Source of the DNA: an uncultured Verrucomicrobiae bacterium
GTDB lineage: Bacteria > Chlamydiota > Chlamydiia > Chlamydiales > Rhabdochlamydiaceae
DNA: 64,000 nt
Assembly (NCBI GenBank): GCA_963731265.1
Contig: CAVSUE010000001.1
Location: forward strand, 1,696,001 to 1,760,000
Direction: 5' to 3'
Shown piece after piece: positions 26,046 through 36,724 of the stretch. The notes under the pieces are model-generated. The model was not told the DNA's origin, ran no database searches, and saw only the letters and a list, made by a program, of their open reading frames with translations. The position numbers were made by a program, and so were the translations under genes. Positions within the stretch are counted from its first letter, which is position 1. Every line of letters starts with the position of its first letter.

Positions 26046-27215
26046 GTGCCATTGATGTCCTGTGACCTATTTGTATTTGCCGGGGAAAAAAGCGGCGACC
26101 TGCATGGAGAAAAATTGCTGCAAGCCCTTTATGCAAAAAATCCCCAACTGAAAATTGCAGGCATAGCCGGCCCGAAGATGCGGTCTCAAGGCATGGACTG
26201 CGTACTGCCAACAGAAGAATTCCAGGTCATGGGATTCATCGATGTTTTTGTCGCGCTTCCCAAACTCATCCGCCAGTTTTATTTTGTCGCTAGAAAAATT
26301 GCCGAGTTAAAGCCCAAAGCTGTCATCCTGATCGATTACCCCGGCTTTAATTTGCGTATGGCAAAATATTTAAGAAAAAAAGGGTATTCTGGAAAACTGA
26401 TCCATTTCATTTGCCCCTCCGTTTGGGCCTGGGGAAAGAAAAGAATCCCCTTGATGGGAAACACTCTCGATCTGCTGCTATCGATTCTGCCCTTCGAGGA
26501 AAAACTTTTTGTTGAAACCCCTCTAAAAGTCGCTTATGTCGGCCATCCCCTCGTCGAACGGATGAAAAATTATGCCTATAAACCTTTTCCGTTTCCTTCC
26601 GAGGGCAAAATCATCGCCCTATTTCCCGGAAGCCGCGCAAAAGAAATTCAACGCAATCTTCCCTTGTACCTCGATGCTTGCCGCGATCTTTTACAAAAAC
26701 ACCCCGACTTTAAAATAGCCCTCTCTATCTCGGATGAACAATATCGCCCTCTCATTTTAGATATTTTAGCTGCCAAACAATGGAAAGAAAATGAACTCCT
26801 ATGGATTCCTTCCGAATACTCCTATGAGCTCATGAAGAATGCGTACATAGCTATTGCCAAATCAGGGACGGTGACTTTGGAGCTTGCCCTGCATCGCGTG
26901 CCCTCTGTTGTCACGTATGGAGTTTCTTTTCTCGACAAAATCATCGCCTACGACATTTTGCGCATCCGGCTTCCTTTTTATTGTCTCGTCAACATCATCG
27001 CAGAGAAAGAAGTTTTCTCAGAACTCATTGGACCGCATTTCACTTTTGCCTCTTTGAAAGAAAAACTTCACGCCCTGACAGAAAGATCTCTCCGTGAAAA
27101 AATGCAGCACGCATGCGATCTTCTTATTCAGCAGCTTGGAGACAAAAACGCAGCCTTTGAAGCTGCGGAAGAAGTTTTCCAATGCACAATTTTAGGTAAC
27201 ACATGGACCAATTAA
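26046..27215 (+). CDS. lpxB: Lipid-A-disaccharide synthase
   Basis: AGEKSGDLHG, IDYPGFN, PSVWAW, YVGHPL, PGSR..EI, SGTVTLE. Confidence 0.96.
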   Translation: MPLMSCDLFVFAGEKSGDLHGEKLLQALYAKNPQLKIAGIAGPKMRSQGMDCVLPTEEFQVMGFIDVFVALPKLIRQFYFVARKIAELKPKAVILIDYPGFNLRMAKYLRKKGYSGKLIHFICPSVWAWGKKRIPLMGNTLDLLLSILPFEEKLFVETPLKVAYVGHPLVERMKNYAYKPFPFPSEGKIIALFPGSRAKEIQRNLPLYLDACRDLLQKHPDFKIALSISDEQYRPLILDILAAKQWKENELLWIPSEYSYELMKNAYIAIAKSGTVTLELALHRVPSVVTYGVSFLDKIIAYDILRIRLPFYCLVNIIAEKEVFSELIGPHFTFASLKEKLHALTERSLREKMQHACDLLIQQLGDKNAAFEAAEEVFQCTILGNTWTN

Positions 27216-27673
27216 AAATTTATGTCGACAGACTGAAAAATGGGGAATCCCTAAAAATTGAGGAAGTTCTTTCTCCCGATTTTTTAGAGATCGATGAAGA
27301 CGACCTCCATTTTAAAGACCCCGTTCGTCTTACAGGAGAGGCTTATTTATCCAACGACCATTTGATCATTCATCTCAATATCGGTACAACGGCCTTGCTT
27401 CCATGCAGCATCTGCAATACCCCCGTTCAAATCCCCATCTCCGTAAAAAATATTTACCTTACCCAGCCTTTGGAAGAGATTAAAGGAGCGATCTATGATA
27501 TCACAAATGAAGTGCGGGAATCGATTTTGATTCAAACACCTCTTTTTGCTGAATGCAGCAAAGGCAATTGCCCCGAACGGGAAAATCTAAAGAATTTTCT
27601 TAATTCTAATCACACAAATTCCAGCCAAGATAAAGATATTGTGCACTTTCCTTTCTCAGATCTCGACAAATAA
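27203..27673 (+). CDS. YceD/DUF177-family protein
   Basis: CxxC plus a C-terminal C...C pair; directly upstream of rpmF-plsX. Confidence 0.8.
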   Translation: MDQLKIYVDRLKNGESLKIEEVLSPDFLEIDEDDLHFKDPVRLTGEAYLSNDHLIIHLNIGTTALLPCSICNTPVQIPISVKNIYLTQPLEEIKGAIYDITNEVRESILIQTPLFAECSKGNCPERENLKNFLNSNHTNSSQDKDIVHFPFSDLDK

Positions 27674-27722
27674 GGATCAATTCGTTATAAGGTATCCATA
27701 AATTTTTATGGAGTATTGACAT

Positions 27723-27905
27723 ATGGCAGTACCACGTAATCGAACATCCAACGCTCGAAAGAACTCCCGACGTGCTCATCACGCGAAGAAGCCAAAAAAC
27801 ACTTCTGAGTGTTCAAACTGCTCAAAACCGCGCGTTGCGCATCGAATCTGCCCTCATTGTGGTTTCTATGCAGGCCGTGCGGTGATCCATGCGAGGGCAG
27901 AGTAG
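27723..27905 (+). CDS. rpmF: 50S ribosomal protein L32
   Basis: MAVPRNRTS..R...RR.H; CSNC...HRICPHCGFY. Confidence 0.97.
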   Translation: MAVPRNRTSNARKNSRRAHHAKKPKNTSECSNCSKPRVAHRICPHCGFYAGRAVIHARAE

Positions 27906-28908
27906 TATACGCAAGGGAAAAGCCCCTTGCCATATCGGTATCGATCTGCTGGGCAGCGACATTCCTCCCAGCGAGCTTCTCCATGCCGTGGTTGCTTTTT
28001 GCAAAGAGCTGGACACTTCGATACATCTGACCCTTTTCGGGACGAAAGCGCTTTTCGCAAGAATGCGCCCTCCTGCCGGGAATTTTTTTTTCCATGTCGT
28101 TACAGAGTTCATCACCATGGATGATTCTCCTCTCACTGCGATACGGAGAAAAAAAGATTCCTCAATATGTGTAGGGATCCGCCTTCTCAAAGAAGGACAT
28201 TTACAGGCATTCATTTCCGCCGGGAATACAGGCGCTCTGATGGCCTCTTCGAGGATAGAGCTTCCCGCTCTCCCTCATGTCGAACGTCCCGCCTTACTCA
28301 CCCTACTTCCTACTCGAGATAAAGAAATTGCAGTCCTGGACGTGGGGGCTAACACCTCTTATAAAGAAAAACATTTAGTCCAATTTGCTGCCATGGGCGT
28401 CGCCTATCAGAGAAGCCGCGGAGTCAAAATGCCCATCGTCGGGCTTTTGAATATCGGCTCCGAAGCAAAAAAAGGCACCCCTGAACTCCAACGCGTCTAC
28501 AATCAACTCCTCTCAGGAAGCAAAAAAACTTCCCCCTCTTATACTTTTGCAGGCAACATTGAAGGACGCGACGTCTTTCAAGGGGAAATCGATGTGCTTG
28601 TCACAGATGGGTTTACCGGCAACGTGTTTCTCAAAACGGCCGAAGGTATTGCCGCCGTGATCCTGGAAGAACTCGAATGTTCTTCCATCGAGGAATGCTC
28701 TCCCCGCACAAAAGGTGTTTTGGCCGAATTGCGCCAGCGTCTGCACTACGCCGAATATCCCGGCGCCCTTCTTTGCGGCGTCGAAGGGATCGTGATCAAA
28801 TGTCACGGCAGTTCCAGCCCGCAGAGCTTCCTCCGCAGCATTACCACTGCCGCCCGCCTCGTTCAGCACTCCTTCCTCTCCCAAGTCAAAACACAGCTAA
28901 AAAAATAA
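27889..28908 (+). CDS. plsX: Phosphate acyltransferase PlsX (start approximate)
   Basis: IDLLGSD, SAGNTGA, LDVGAN, LLNIGSE..KG, TDGFTGNV.LKT.EG, KCHGSS. Confidence 0.95.
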   Translation: MRGQSSIRKGKAPCHIGIDLLGSDIPPSELLHAVVAFCKELDTSIHLTLFGTKALFARMRPPAGNFFFHVVTEFITMDDSPLTAIRRKKDSSICVGIRLLKEGHLQAFISAGNTGALMASSRIELPALPHVERPALLTLLPTRDKEIAVLDVGANTSYKEKHLVQFAAMGVAYQRSRGVKMPIVGLLNIGSEAKKGTPELQRVYNQLLSGSKKTSPSYTFAGNIEGRDVFQGEIDVLVTDGFTGNVFLKTAEGIAAVILEELECSSIEECSPRTKGVLAELRQRLHYAEYPGALLCGVEGIVIKCHGSSSPQSFLRSITTAARLVQHSFLSQVKTQLKK

Positions 28909-29024
28909 CTTACAAGTTTAATCAAATAATTTTTAATTTGCTTTTTTTCAGCAATTTTGTAAAATATCTTTATTATTAATTATATTAATAATAAGATGAA
29001 AAAAAATTTAAAAACGGAGTTATT

Positions 29025-29629
29025 ATGGCTTCAGCTCTATCAAACACATCTGAAGCCCAAAATTTCACTTTTCTTGATTCTCCCACCGAAATTCAAACTA
29101 AGATCATCTGTGACACCGATATGAAACATGTAAAACAACAAAAACCCTGATGGATCAATCAAAGCCACTTCTTCTTGAAGCAAGAGAAGAACAAAGAAAA
29201 TTGATGAATGCTACCTTAACCTCGCAAATCGAGAAAACATTCTCGCGAAGTGCCGTTAACGCTCCTTCTTCAGATGCCGTTAACTCCTTATTGATTACTT
29301 TTCAGAAATGCCATTCCCAAGCAGTCAAAATGGACGTTTTCCGCAGAGTTCTCGATGCTATCAATTCTACAGATGACATCGCAATACAGTTTTACCAGGC
29401 TCTTCCCGAGGGCAGCATTGAAAAGTTCGATGCATCTAGAAGCGGACTCAGGTATTACATCTGGATTGCAAACTGCCGAATTGATAACGGGCTCGGGTTA
29501 GGTTTTGGCGAGCATGTGATTTCTACTCAACCTCGTGGTCCTTTGGTTAAGCAGGGAGCTTCAGCGTTATACTCAGCGTTGATTGAAGAGAAGAGGAGCT
29601 TCAGCGTTGGGGGCTTCAGCGTTGATTGA
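29025..29629 (+). pseudogene. Frameshifted F-box-like gene (29025-29150 plus 29150-29629)
   Basis: ORF1 MASALSNTSEAQNFTFLDSPTEIQTKII follows SD ggag; the F-box-like end TCKTTKTL lies in the frame of the downstream ORF. Confidence 0.55.
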
Positions 29630-29959
29630 AGACTTTTTCTCCAATGAAAGATTTGCTCAGCTCCGTTTTGAGTAACTGACCTTTCTTTTAAGCGCCTACG
29701 ATTCTGGTGTTCTTCTGATCCATCAGAGGCAGATCGTCGGCTCTTTTTCAAAAAGCTTCCCCCTTCTCCAAGCTGCCATCCTGCCTCTCGCACGTCAAAA
29801 AATAAATTTCTTTTTTTAAAATTAATGGTCCTTATTTTTTGTGGAAAAAGAAGTTAAAAGAGGCTATGATCACCCTATTGACTATTTTGGTGTTCCGCGA
29901 CAATTTCTTTATTTCCAGCGGAATAGACCGACTTCCAAAAAAAACTTATCGGGGATCCC

Positions 29960-31501
29960 ATGCAAGAAATCCTACTGAACGTTGAATCGAAAGAAACGCG
30001 TTACGCCGTCCTGAAAAATGGAACCCTTTACGATCTGATCATCGAGAGAAAAAAGAACCGGCAGCTCACAGGAAACATCTATCGTGGCCGTGTGACCAAC
30101 ATCCTGCATAATATTCAGTCTGCATTTATCGACATCAATGAGGGAGAAAATGGTTTCATCCACATTTCGGATATCTTAGAAAATACGCAAAAATTTCAAG
30201 AAATGTTCGAAATGGATTTCGATTGGGAAGGCGACATCTCTAAAACGCAAGGACGAGAGCGGCGAGAGTCTGACATTTCGAAAATCATGAAAATGGACCA
30301 GCCCGTGCTTGTGCAGGTCGTCAAAGAACCGATCGGGACGAAAGGGGCGCGCCTCACCTCCAATATTTCCATCCCAGGAAGATATCTGGTTTTGCTTCCG
30401 AATACGCCGCATCGCGGAGTATCGCGCAAAATTGAAGATGCGGGTTCCCGCGATAAATTAAAAAAACTCATCCGCGCTTTTGAAATGCCCAAAGACATGG
30501 GGTTGATTTGCCGGACGGCAAGCGTCAACGCCTCGTCGGAAATGCTGATCCATGAGGCGACGGAACTTCTTAAAACTTGGCAGAACATCGCCGAAAATTT
30601 TCATAAAGCCGCTAAACCAACTTGTCTCTATGAGGAATCGGACTTGATCAAGCGCGCCGTCTTGACCGCTGTCGATAAAAAATTCGATCGACTTCTTGTG
30701 GACGACTATGCGACGTTTCAACACTGCAAACGCCTCTACGAAAAATACAGCAACGAGCATGCGCTTAAACTCGAACTTTACCGCGATAAAAGCCCGATGT
30801 TCGAACGATTTAACGTTGAGCGGGAGATCGATCGCGCCCTGCGCCGTAAAATTTGGCTGCCCAGCGGCGGCTATCTTTTCTTCGATCGCACAGAGGCGAT
30901 GTACACCATCGACGTCAACTCTGGCAGAAGTACCACCTCGAGCTCGGATGTCGAAGAATCCCTCGTCCGGATCAACATGGAAGCGGCAGAAGAAATCGCA
31001 CGCCAGCTGCGTATTCGCAATGTCGGGGGCCTTGTGATCTGCGACTTCATCGACATGCGCTCTCGGAAAAATCAACGCCGCGTTCTCGACCGCCTCAAAG
31101 AAGCGATGAAAGACGATTCCGCTAAATGCACGATTTTAGGGATGAGCGAATTCGGTCTCGTTGAAATGACAAGGCAGCGCAGCCGAGAATCGCTGACCCA
31201 GACGATTTTCACCCATTGCCCTTATTGCAATGGCAGCGGAACGATCAAAAGCCATGAAAGCGTTTCGGTTGAAATCGAACGGGCACTAAAAAAATTGGTT
31301 AATCAGCACCAGCAGTTCGGGCTAGAGCTCATGTCTCACCCCGACCTCGATGGCTACTTGTCCCACCATCAGGATAAAGACTATTTACGCAAAATGGCTG
31401 GAAAAATGCACGCGGAATTGCGCTTTGAAAACAATGATAACCTTCACCTGAATGAGTTCCAATTCTACTCGACAATCAATGGAAAAAAACTCGACGTCTA
31501 A
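29960..31501 (+). CDS. rng: Rne/Rng-family ribonuclease (RNase G/CafA)
   Basis: S1 domain GNIYRGRV, VQVVKEPIG.KGARLT, IDVNSG, RNVGGLVICDFIDM, CPYC.G.G. Confidence 0.93.
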   Translation: MQEILLNVESKETRYAVLKNGTLYDLIIERKKNRQLTGNIYRGRVTNILHNIQSAFIDINEGENGFIHISDILENTQKFQEMFEMDFDWEGDISKTQGRERRESDISKIMKMDQPVLVQVVKEPIGTKGARLTSNISIPGRYLVLLPNTPHRGVSRKIEDAGSRDKLKKLIRAFEMPKDMGLICRTASVNASSEMLIHEATELLKTWQNIAENFHKAAKPTCLYEESDLIKRAVLTAVDKKFDRLLVDDYATFQHCKRLYEKYSNEHALKLELYRDKSPMFERFNVEREIDRALRRKIWLPSGGYLFFDRTEAMYTIDVNSGRSTTSSSDVEESLVRINMEAAEEIARQLRIRNVGGLVICDFIDMRSRKNQRRVLDRLKEAMKDDSAKCTILGMSEFGLVEMTRQRSRESLTQTIFTHCPYCNGSGTIKSHESVSVEIERALKKLVNQHQQFGLELMSHPDLDGYLSHHQDKDYLRKMAGKMHAELRFENNDNLHLNEFQFYSTINGKKLDV

Positions 31502-32483
31502 GTCTTTTCATTCAAAGCTCAAAGAATCCGCCCAGGAGGGATCCATCCCTCCTAAATGCGCCGATAACCTGGAGCAATTCTACCTTTGCTACCAACAGGC
31601 CATCGCTTCTCAGGAAGGAGGCTACGATCGCCTTTTCCTCGATTTGCTGGAGTTGATCAAACAACAATGTTTGGAACCTTTTGTTTTTCAACCCTTCCAC
31701 AAACATCTTCGCCAACCCTTCGACTATTATCAATTCGGCATCGACCTGGTCAAACCTCTGGTCGACATGCCCCATTCATCCATTCTTGGACTTGAGCATT
31801 TAAATCAGATAGCCACTTCTTTAGAAAAAGGGGAAAATGCGATTTTCCTCGCCAACCATCAAGTGGAAGCCGACCCACAGGCGATCAGCATCCTTTTGGA
31901 AAATTCTTATCCGCGCCTCGGTGAAGAGATGATTTTCGTCGCCGGCGAACGCGTTATCACTGATCCTCTGGCCGTCCCATTTAGCATGGGCCGAAACCTA
32001 TTATGCATTTTCTCAAAGCGATATATCGACCATCCCCCCGAACAAAAAATGAAAAAACAGCTGCATAACAAAAGAACAATGGAATTGATGAGCGAGCTGC
32101 TTAGCGAGGGAGGAAAAGCCATCTACGTCGCCCCGAGCGGAGGAAGAGACCGTCCAAATACTTCCGGCGTCGTGGAAATTGCCCCTTTTGACCCTCAAAG
32201 CATCGAAATGCTTTATCTCATGGCAGAGCGCGCCGGTCACCCCACTCATTTTTATCCCCTAGCCCTAAAAACTTATCAGCTTCTGCCCCCTCCCGAAACT
32301 ATTCAGGTAGAACTCGGGGAAGCCCGAATCGCCACGCGCGCAGCCGTCCACCTCGCCTTCGGCCCCCAAATCGACATGGAACATTTTCCCGGCAGCGATT
32401 CACCGGATAAACACGAGCGCCGCTCCGCCCGCGCCACCTACATCTGCAATCTTGTAAAGAAAGATTACGACAGGTTTCCGTAG
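31452..32483 (+). CDS. plsB: Glycerol-3-phosphate acyltransferase (plastid ATS1-like chlamydial PlsB)
   Basis: NHQVEADP (HxxxxD), AGERV.TDPL..PFSMGRNL, APSGGRDR. Confidence 0.9.
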   Translation: MSSNSTRQSMEKNSTSKSFHSKLKESAQEGSIPPKCADNLEQFYLCYQQAIASQEGGYDRLFLDLLELIKQQCLEPFVFQPFHKHLRQPFDYYQFGIDLVKPLVDMPHSSILGLEHLNQIATSLEKGENAIFLANHQVEADPQAISILLENSYPRLGEEMIFVAGERVITDPLAVPFSMGRNLLCIFSKRYIDHPPEQKMKKQLHNKRTMELMSELLSEGGKAIYVAPSGGRDRPNTSGVVEIAPFDPQSIEMLYLMAERAGHPTHFYPLALKTYQLLPPPETIQVELGEARIATRAAVHLAFGPQIDMEHFPGSDSPDKHERRSARATYICNLVKKDYDRFP

Positions 32484-32494
32484 AGAGAGATAAA

Positions 32495-34144
32495 ATGACT
32501 TTTGAATTTATCATTTCATTCCCTTTTTTAGCCCTCTGCTCCAATTGTGATTCATTTAGGGCTCAGCACCACGTTGAAATGATTGAATCAGTAGCTTATG
32601 ATTATTTGGAAAAAGCAAAACAGCAAGGCTTTCAATGTCAATGGATGTCAGAGAGTCTAATTAATGACTTAGAAACATATACGACTATCAAGAGTTATTC
32701 CAAAATTTGTTTTGTTTAAATGAAGACAACATAACTAGCAGCATTAAAAATGCTAAAAAAAACATTCAATATTTAATCAAGTCAATTCAAAGAGAGTCCT
32801 CCTTTGAATCTCCTGAAACCGATCTAATAGCCTCTTATAACCGGCAACTTAAAAACGAAGAATCAAGAGTTCAACATCTCACTTCATCAGCAGAAAAAAA
32901 TTCGCATTCTATTAAATACTGGAATTTCAAAAGTTCAAGAAACTTATCAGAGACTTTATGATGATTGCATACAAATACACCCTTGCTCATCAGCCTATTA
33001 TGAACGCGGTTTGCTTCATTTTGAACAAGGAAAAAACATCGAATTTGTCAATGATATTTCAAAAATAATTGAGAAAGGTGACGTACAAGATGTTTTACAA
33101 AGAAATAACCAATCTGATTTCTCCTTATACTTAAAAATAGGAAGAAACTACAATGAGCTTGCAGCATACGATCAAGCCATTGAGGCTTTGGATAAAGCTA
33201 TCGAATTAAATCCTCTGAACAAAAACGCTTATTTCGAACGAGCAATTGCATATTTTGAGAAAGGAAATATATCCACCTCCTTACAAGATTATCTTCAATC
33301 GAATTTAAAACCAACGCAAATTGACTTAGATCTCAAAGACTCTTTCGACTATGCCGCTGGCTTACTATTTGGTGCTGCTAAAGGGGTAAAAGAAGGAGTT
33401 GTAGATTATGTGCCTTCGATCCTTTCATCGGCACAGGGGTTAAGTCATGGTCTTTGGTCTTTGGTAACAACTCCTGCGCAAGTTTCTAAGCAGGTAGTCG
33501 AGGCGTGTAAAGGCTGTGCTAATTTTTTAAAAGAAAATGCATCTGCAGAAATTGTCTCTAAAATAGTACCCGAACTCAGGGAACTTATCGAAAAAAAGGA
33601 TGAAATTTCCAGTCAAAGGGAAGGAGAAATTATTGGTTATATCATCGGCAAATATGGTGTGGAAATTTTTGCCGGAGGCGTAATGGTGAAATGCATGAAA
33701 GCATATAGATCTTTAAAAAGGGCCAACGCATTATTAACCATGGAAGTAGCTGCCATTAGTGAACAAAATCGCATTCATATTGCCGTCGAAGCCGCCAGAA
33801 AGGCCGAAGCAAGAAAACAAGTTCTGAGATCTGCTAACTTACAGATACGATGGAATAGACAAGGGAAACACATTCAAGGCTATAAAGATTATGATCCGCT
33901 GAGAAGTGAGTTTACGCATCCTGATCCACAGGGGCTTGTTAATAAATTCGCTGGAACTGGACAACGGATTAACAACAATAAACCTGGGCCCCCTAATTAC
34001 AGAGAGAGAATTAATTTCAAAGAAATCATAGGCGTTTATAAAAATGAAGCAGGAACAATCAGCCAGGAAACAACAATAGGCATGATTATTTACAGCAATA
34101 ATGGCACTCACATAATCCCACTTAGACCAAAAGATTTTTTATGA
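32495..34144 (+). pseudogene. Frameshifted TPR-containing polymorphic toxin with C-terminal Ntox50-like nuclease domain
   Basis: Three consecutive fragments in different frames; TPR motifs AYYERGLLHF and AIELNPLNKNAYFERA; C-terminus RQGKHI.G...AGTG...IG...T..G.I.YS..GTHIIP. Confidence 0.7.
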
Positions 34145-34464
34145 GAATAAAACACAATAGTAACGTTGATTATTCATTAGAAATTGCAATTAGAATGTCG
34201 TTGCAGCGAGCACTATTGAATGAAATCTCTTCGAATTTAAGAATGGTAGCTGTCGATTGGAATAACAAAGAGAAAAAAATTGTTATTTATTTTTATTTTG
34301 ATAGAGAAGTTTCTGAGGAAAATAGAGATTCGGCAAATTGCGTGGCAGGTGAAGTAACAGGAGATTTTGATCCACAGACAGAGATTACCGAAAATTGCAT
34401 TCAATTAAATAGTCCATTAGAACTGCCAAATCATCAATGTACGGTGTATCGCAGAAGAGAATAA
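34141..34464 (+). CDS. Putative cognate immunity protein
   Basis: 107-aa ORF, acidic in its C-terminal half, with ATGA overlap on the toxin stop codon. Confidence 0.65.
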   Translation: MRIKHNSNVDYSLEIAIRMSLQRALLNEISSNLRMVAVDWNNKEKKIVIYFYFDREVSEENRDSANCVAGEVTGDFDPQTEITENCIQLNSPLELPNHQCTVYRRRE

Positions 34465-34493
34465 ATAATGTAGCAAGGTACGGCTAAACTTGT

Positions 34494-34633
34494 AGCCGTC
34501 CAACCTTCCTTCGGCCCATAAATCGACATGAACATTTTCCGGACAGGGATGCACTAAAAAACGCGAGCGCAGCTCCGCTCGCGCCCCATACATTTGCACT
34601 CTTGTAAAGAAAGATTACCACAGATTTCCCTAA
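34494..34633 (+). repeat. Degenerate direct-repeat copy of the plsB 3' end (32342-32483)
   Basis: agccgtcca..ccttcggccc..aaatcgacatg..cgagcgc.gctccgc..tcttgtaaagaaagattac.acag.tttcc.ta shared; the copy carries an in-frame stop and indels. Confidence 0.9.
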
Positions 34634-34644
34634 CAAAAGCTATC

Positions 34645-34826
34645 CTGCTTCCACTTGAAAGTTAGGAAAATTTCCGCTTCAGCATCTTCACTTACGGCCA
34701 TCCTTTTGCGACGGACTTTTTATTCGTTTCCATAGACCGTGTGTGCCTGCACATGGTTTACTTCACCAAACAAAAAATTAAAGCGCTGAAATTGAAATTT
34801 TATATAACCTTCACCTGTCAGCAGTA
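34645..34826. mobile_element. Palindromic/MITE-like element family A, copy 2
   Basis: ctgcttccacttgaaagttaggaaaattt ... aaattttatataaccttcacctgtcagcagta. Confidence 0.85.
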
Positions 34827-34945
34827 CATACTAAAACTATGCTTTGTGGATCTATTGATATTTAATTGTAATTTATGTATACTATTAATAATTAATAAAT
34901 AGAATGCACATTTTAACTAATAATTAATTATTTAAATAAATTAAC

Positions 34946-36415
34946 ATGACTTTATCCCTATTACAATTACCTCATAAAGAGCCGGAAAGGTTAAAGGGAA
35001 ATCATCAATTTTTCCCGGTGGTTTATCAAAAAATAGGTTACCTTTGGTACACCATTAAGCACAAATTATCGGGGAAGTCTGATGATGAGATGTTTCAAGA
35101 AATCATTAGCGATTGTAAAAAACATAATAATTATTACATGAGTAAAGTGGGGGTAAAAAAACCCTCTATTTTTGACATTAGCACTGCAATGCTATATTGT
35201 GATGCACTTATAAAAAGAAAATTACGCGGTATATTCAAACGTACGGTCAATACACATTTTACTGGACAAATCAAATCAGGCATCATCACTCGAAAAGATC
35301 TTTTATCCCTTGCGAATGAGAAAGAATTAGCAAAGCTTTATCCCCATGGGCTATTGAAAGGCACAAAAGATGAATTGATTGGGAAGATTGTGAAAGCAAA
35401 TCAATCTAATTCTGATGAAAATTTCTGCAAACAAATCCCTTTTAAAGCTCTTATACGAAAGATCTCTAATGAGTCCAAAATTAAAGAATTATTTTCCTGC
35501 TTATCAAAAAAAGAGTTTGAAAACTTAAAAATCGACATGCATAAAGTTTTGGCGTTACGCGTCAAAATTCAACAAGAGGATTGCTTGGATGCCTTTCTCA
35601 AGCTTTTTCCATCGGATTCCTTGGCCGAAGAAAACGGATGGAAGATTTGCTTAGCCCAGCTTTCTGCGGGCATTGATCCGGTTCAGATCCCACCGTTTCT
35701 CCGAGAACGATTTTCCAAAACATACCAGGGTCTGCCCTCTGATTACGCGCAGCAGCTCGACTATTGGAAAAATCAACAGGGATGGATTGCACAATATGTG
35801 CACGGGCAGTTTAAACATTGGAGCAACTCTTCTCTAGGAGGCAACCTTGCCCCAAGCGAAGATCTGGCTCGCGTCTTAAAACAAAACATTTTATCAGACG
35901 AAAATGTGGAGGAATTTGTTGATTCGCAACACTATTGTGTCGCTTCCAAACGTGCAGAAACGATGCATTCGCTTGAAACTGGAGTTGTGGAGGGATTTAT
36001 GAACCTTCAAGTCGAGATGATTCTTGTACATGATAATTGGAGAATTTACAAGAATCGTTTATCGGAAGACGAGTTCAAAGCAGCCTATGTTGAATGGGGA
36101 AAATTTTCCTTGTCTGTTTCTGAATTTGAAGAACTCTTAGAAAAAGCATGTGCTTGGAAGGCCTGGAGAAAATATTGTTTTAACGTTGCCGAAGAACAAT
36201 TCGCCAAATTTTTTAAACGCTGGTACAAACAAAAACCTAACCAAAACTATGAAGCACAATGTTTGGAAGTTGTTAACGCAAAAGAAGTCTGGAAAAAACT
36301 ATGTAGTGACTGGCCCCAAAACCAATTTATATCCATCTATCTTGATTGGTTAAATACGCGACCTACCGCGCCCAATTTTGAGCAATATCTCCAGAAGCAC
36401 CTTACTAATAAGTAA
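34946..36415 (+). CDS. Hypothetical protein (489 aa)
   Basis: Long ORF after an AT-rich spacer; no motif recognised. Confidence 0.7.
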   Translation: MTLSLLQLPHKEPERLKGNHQFFPVVYQKIGYLWYTIKHKLSGKSDDEMFQEIISDCKKHNNYYMSKVGVKKPSIFDISTAMLYCDALIKRKLRGIFKRTVNTHFTGQIKSGIITRKDLLSLANEKELAKLYPHGLLKGTKDELIGKIVKANQSNSDENFCKQIPFKALIRKISNESKIKELFSCLSKKEFENLKIDMHKVLALRVKIQQEDCLDAFLKLFPSDSLAEENGWKICLAQLSAGIDPVQIPPFLRERFSKTYQGLPSDYAQQLDYWKNQQGWIAQYVHGQFKHWSNSSLGGNLAPSEDLARVLKQNILSDENVEEFVDSQHYCVASKRAETMHSLETGVVEGFMNLQVEMILVHDNWRIYKNRLSEDEFKAAYVEWGKFSLSVSEFEELLEKACAWKAWRKYCFNVAEEQFAKFFKRWYKQKPNQNYEAQCLEVVNAKEVWKKLCSDWPQNQFISIYLDWLNTRPTAPNFEQYLQKHLTNK

Positions 36416-36593
36416 GTTCGCATTCCTGTTCCCCCTGTCAAGATCCCCTAAAAGTTTTCGTGTCTCCGTAGCCCGTCCATGCATTGTCTTCGCGGTCCGC
36501 TGTGAAACCTAATGAAAAACTCTTTGAATTTTATTATGTAGTACTGCCAATTCAAACAACTTGAAAAAATTAGTTTTAGATGGTGTTTATGTC

Positions 36594-36636
36594 TACACAG
36601 CTTCCACTTAGGAAAATTTAAAGGGGAAGCAGTATA
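36594..36636. mobile_element. Collapsed remnant of family A element
   Basis: gcttccacttaggaaaattt-aaaggggaagcagtata matches family A termini. Confidence 0.55.
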
Positions 36637-36724
36637 TCTTGAAATATACATGACCGACCGAGAAGTTGCAAAATTCTATCCCTTCCATGCATGATGGGGA
36701 TAATCTTATGATGAGGTCTTCGAC

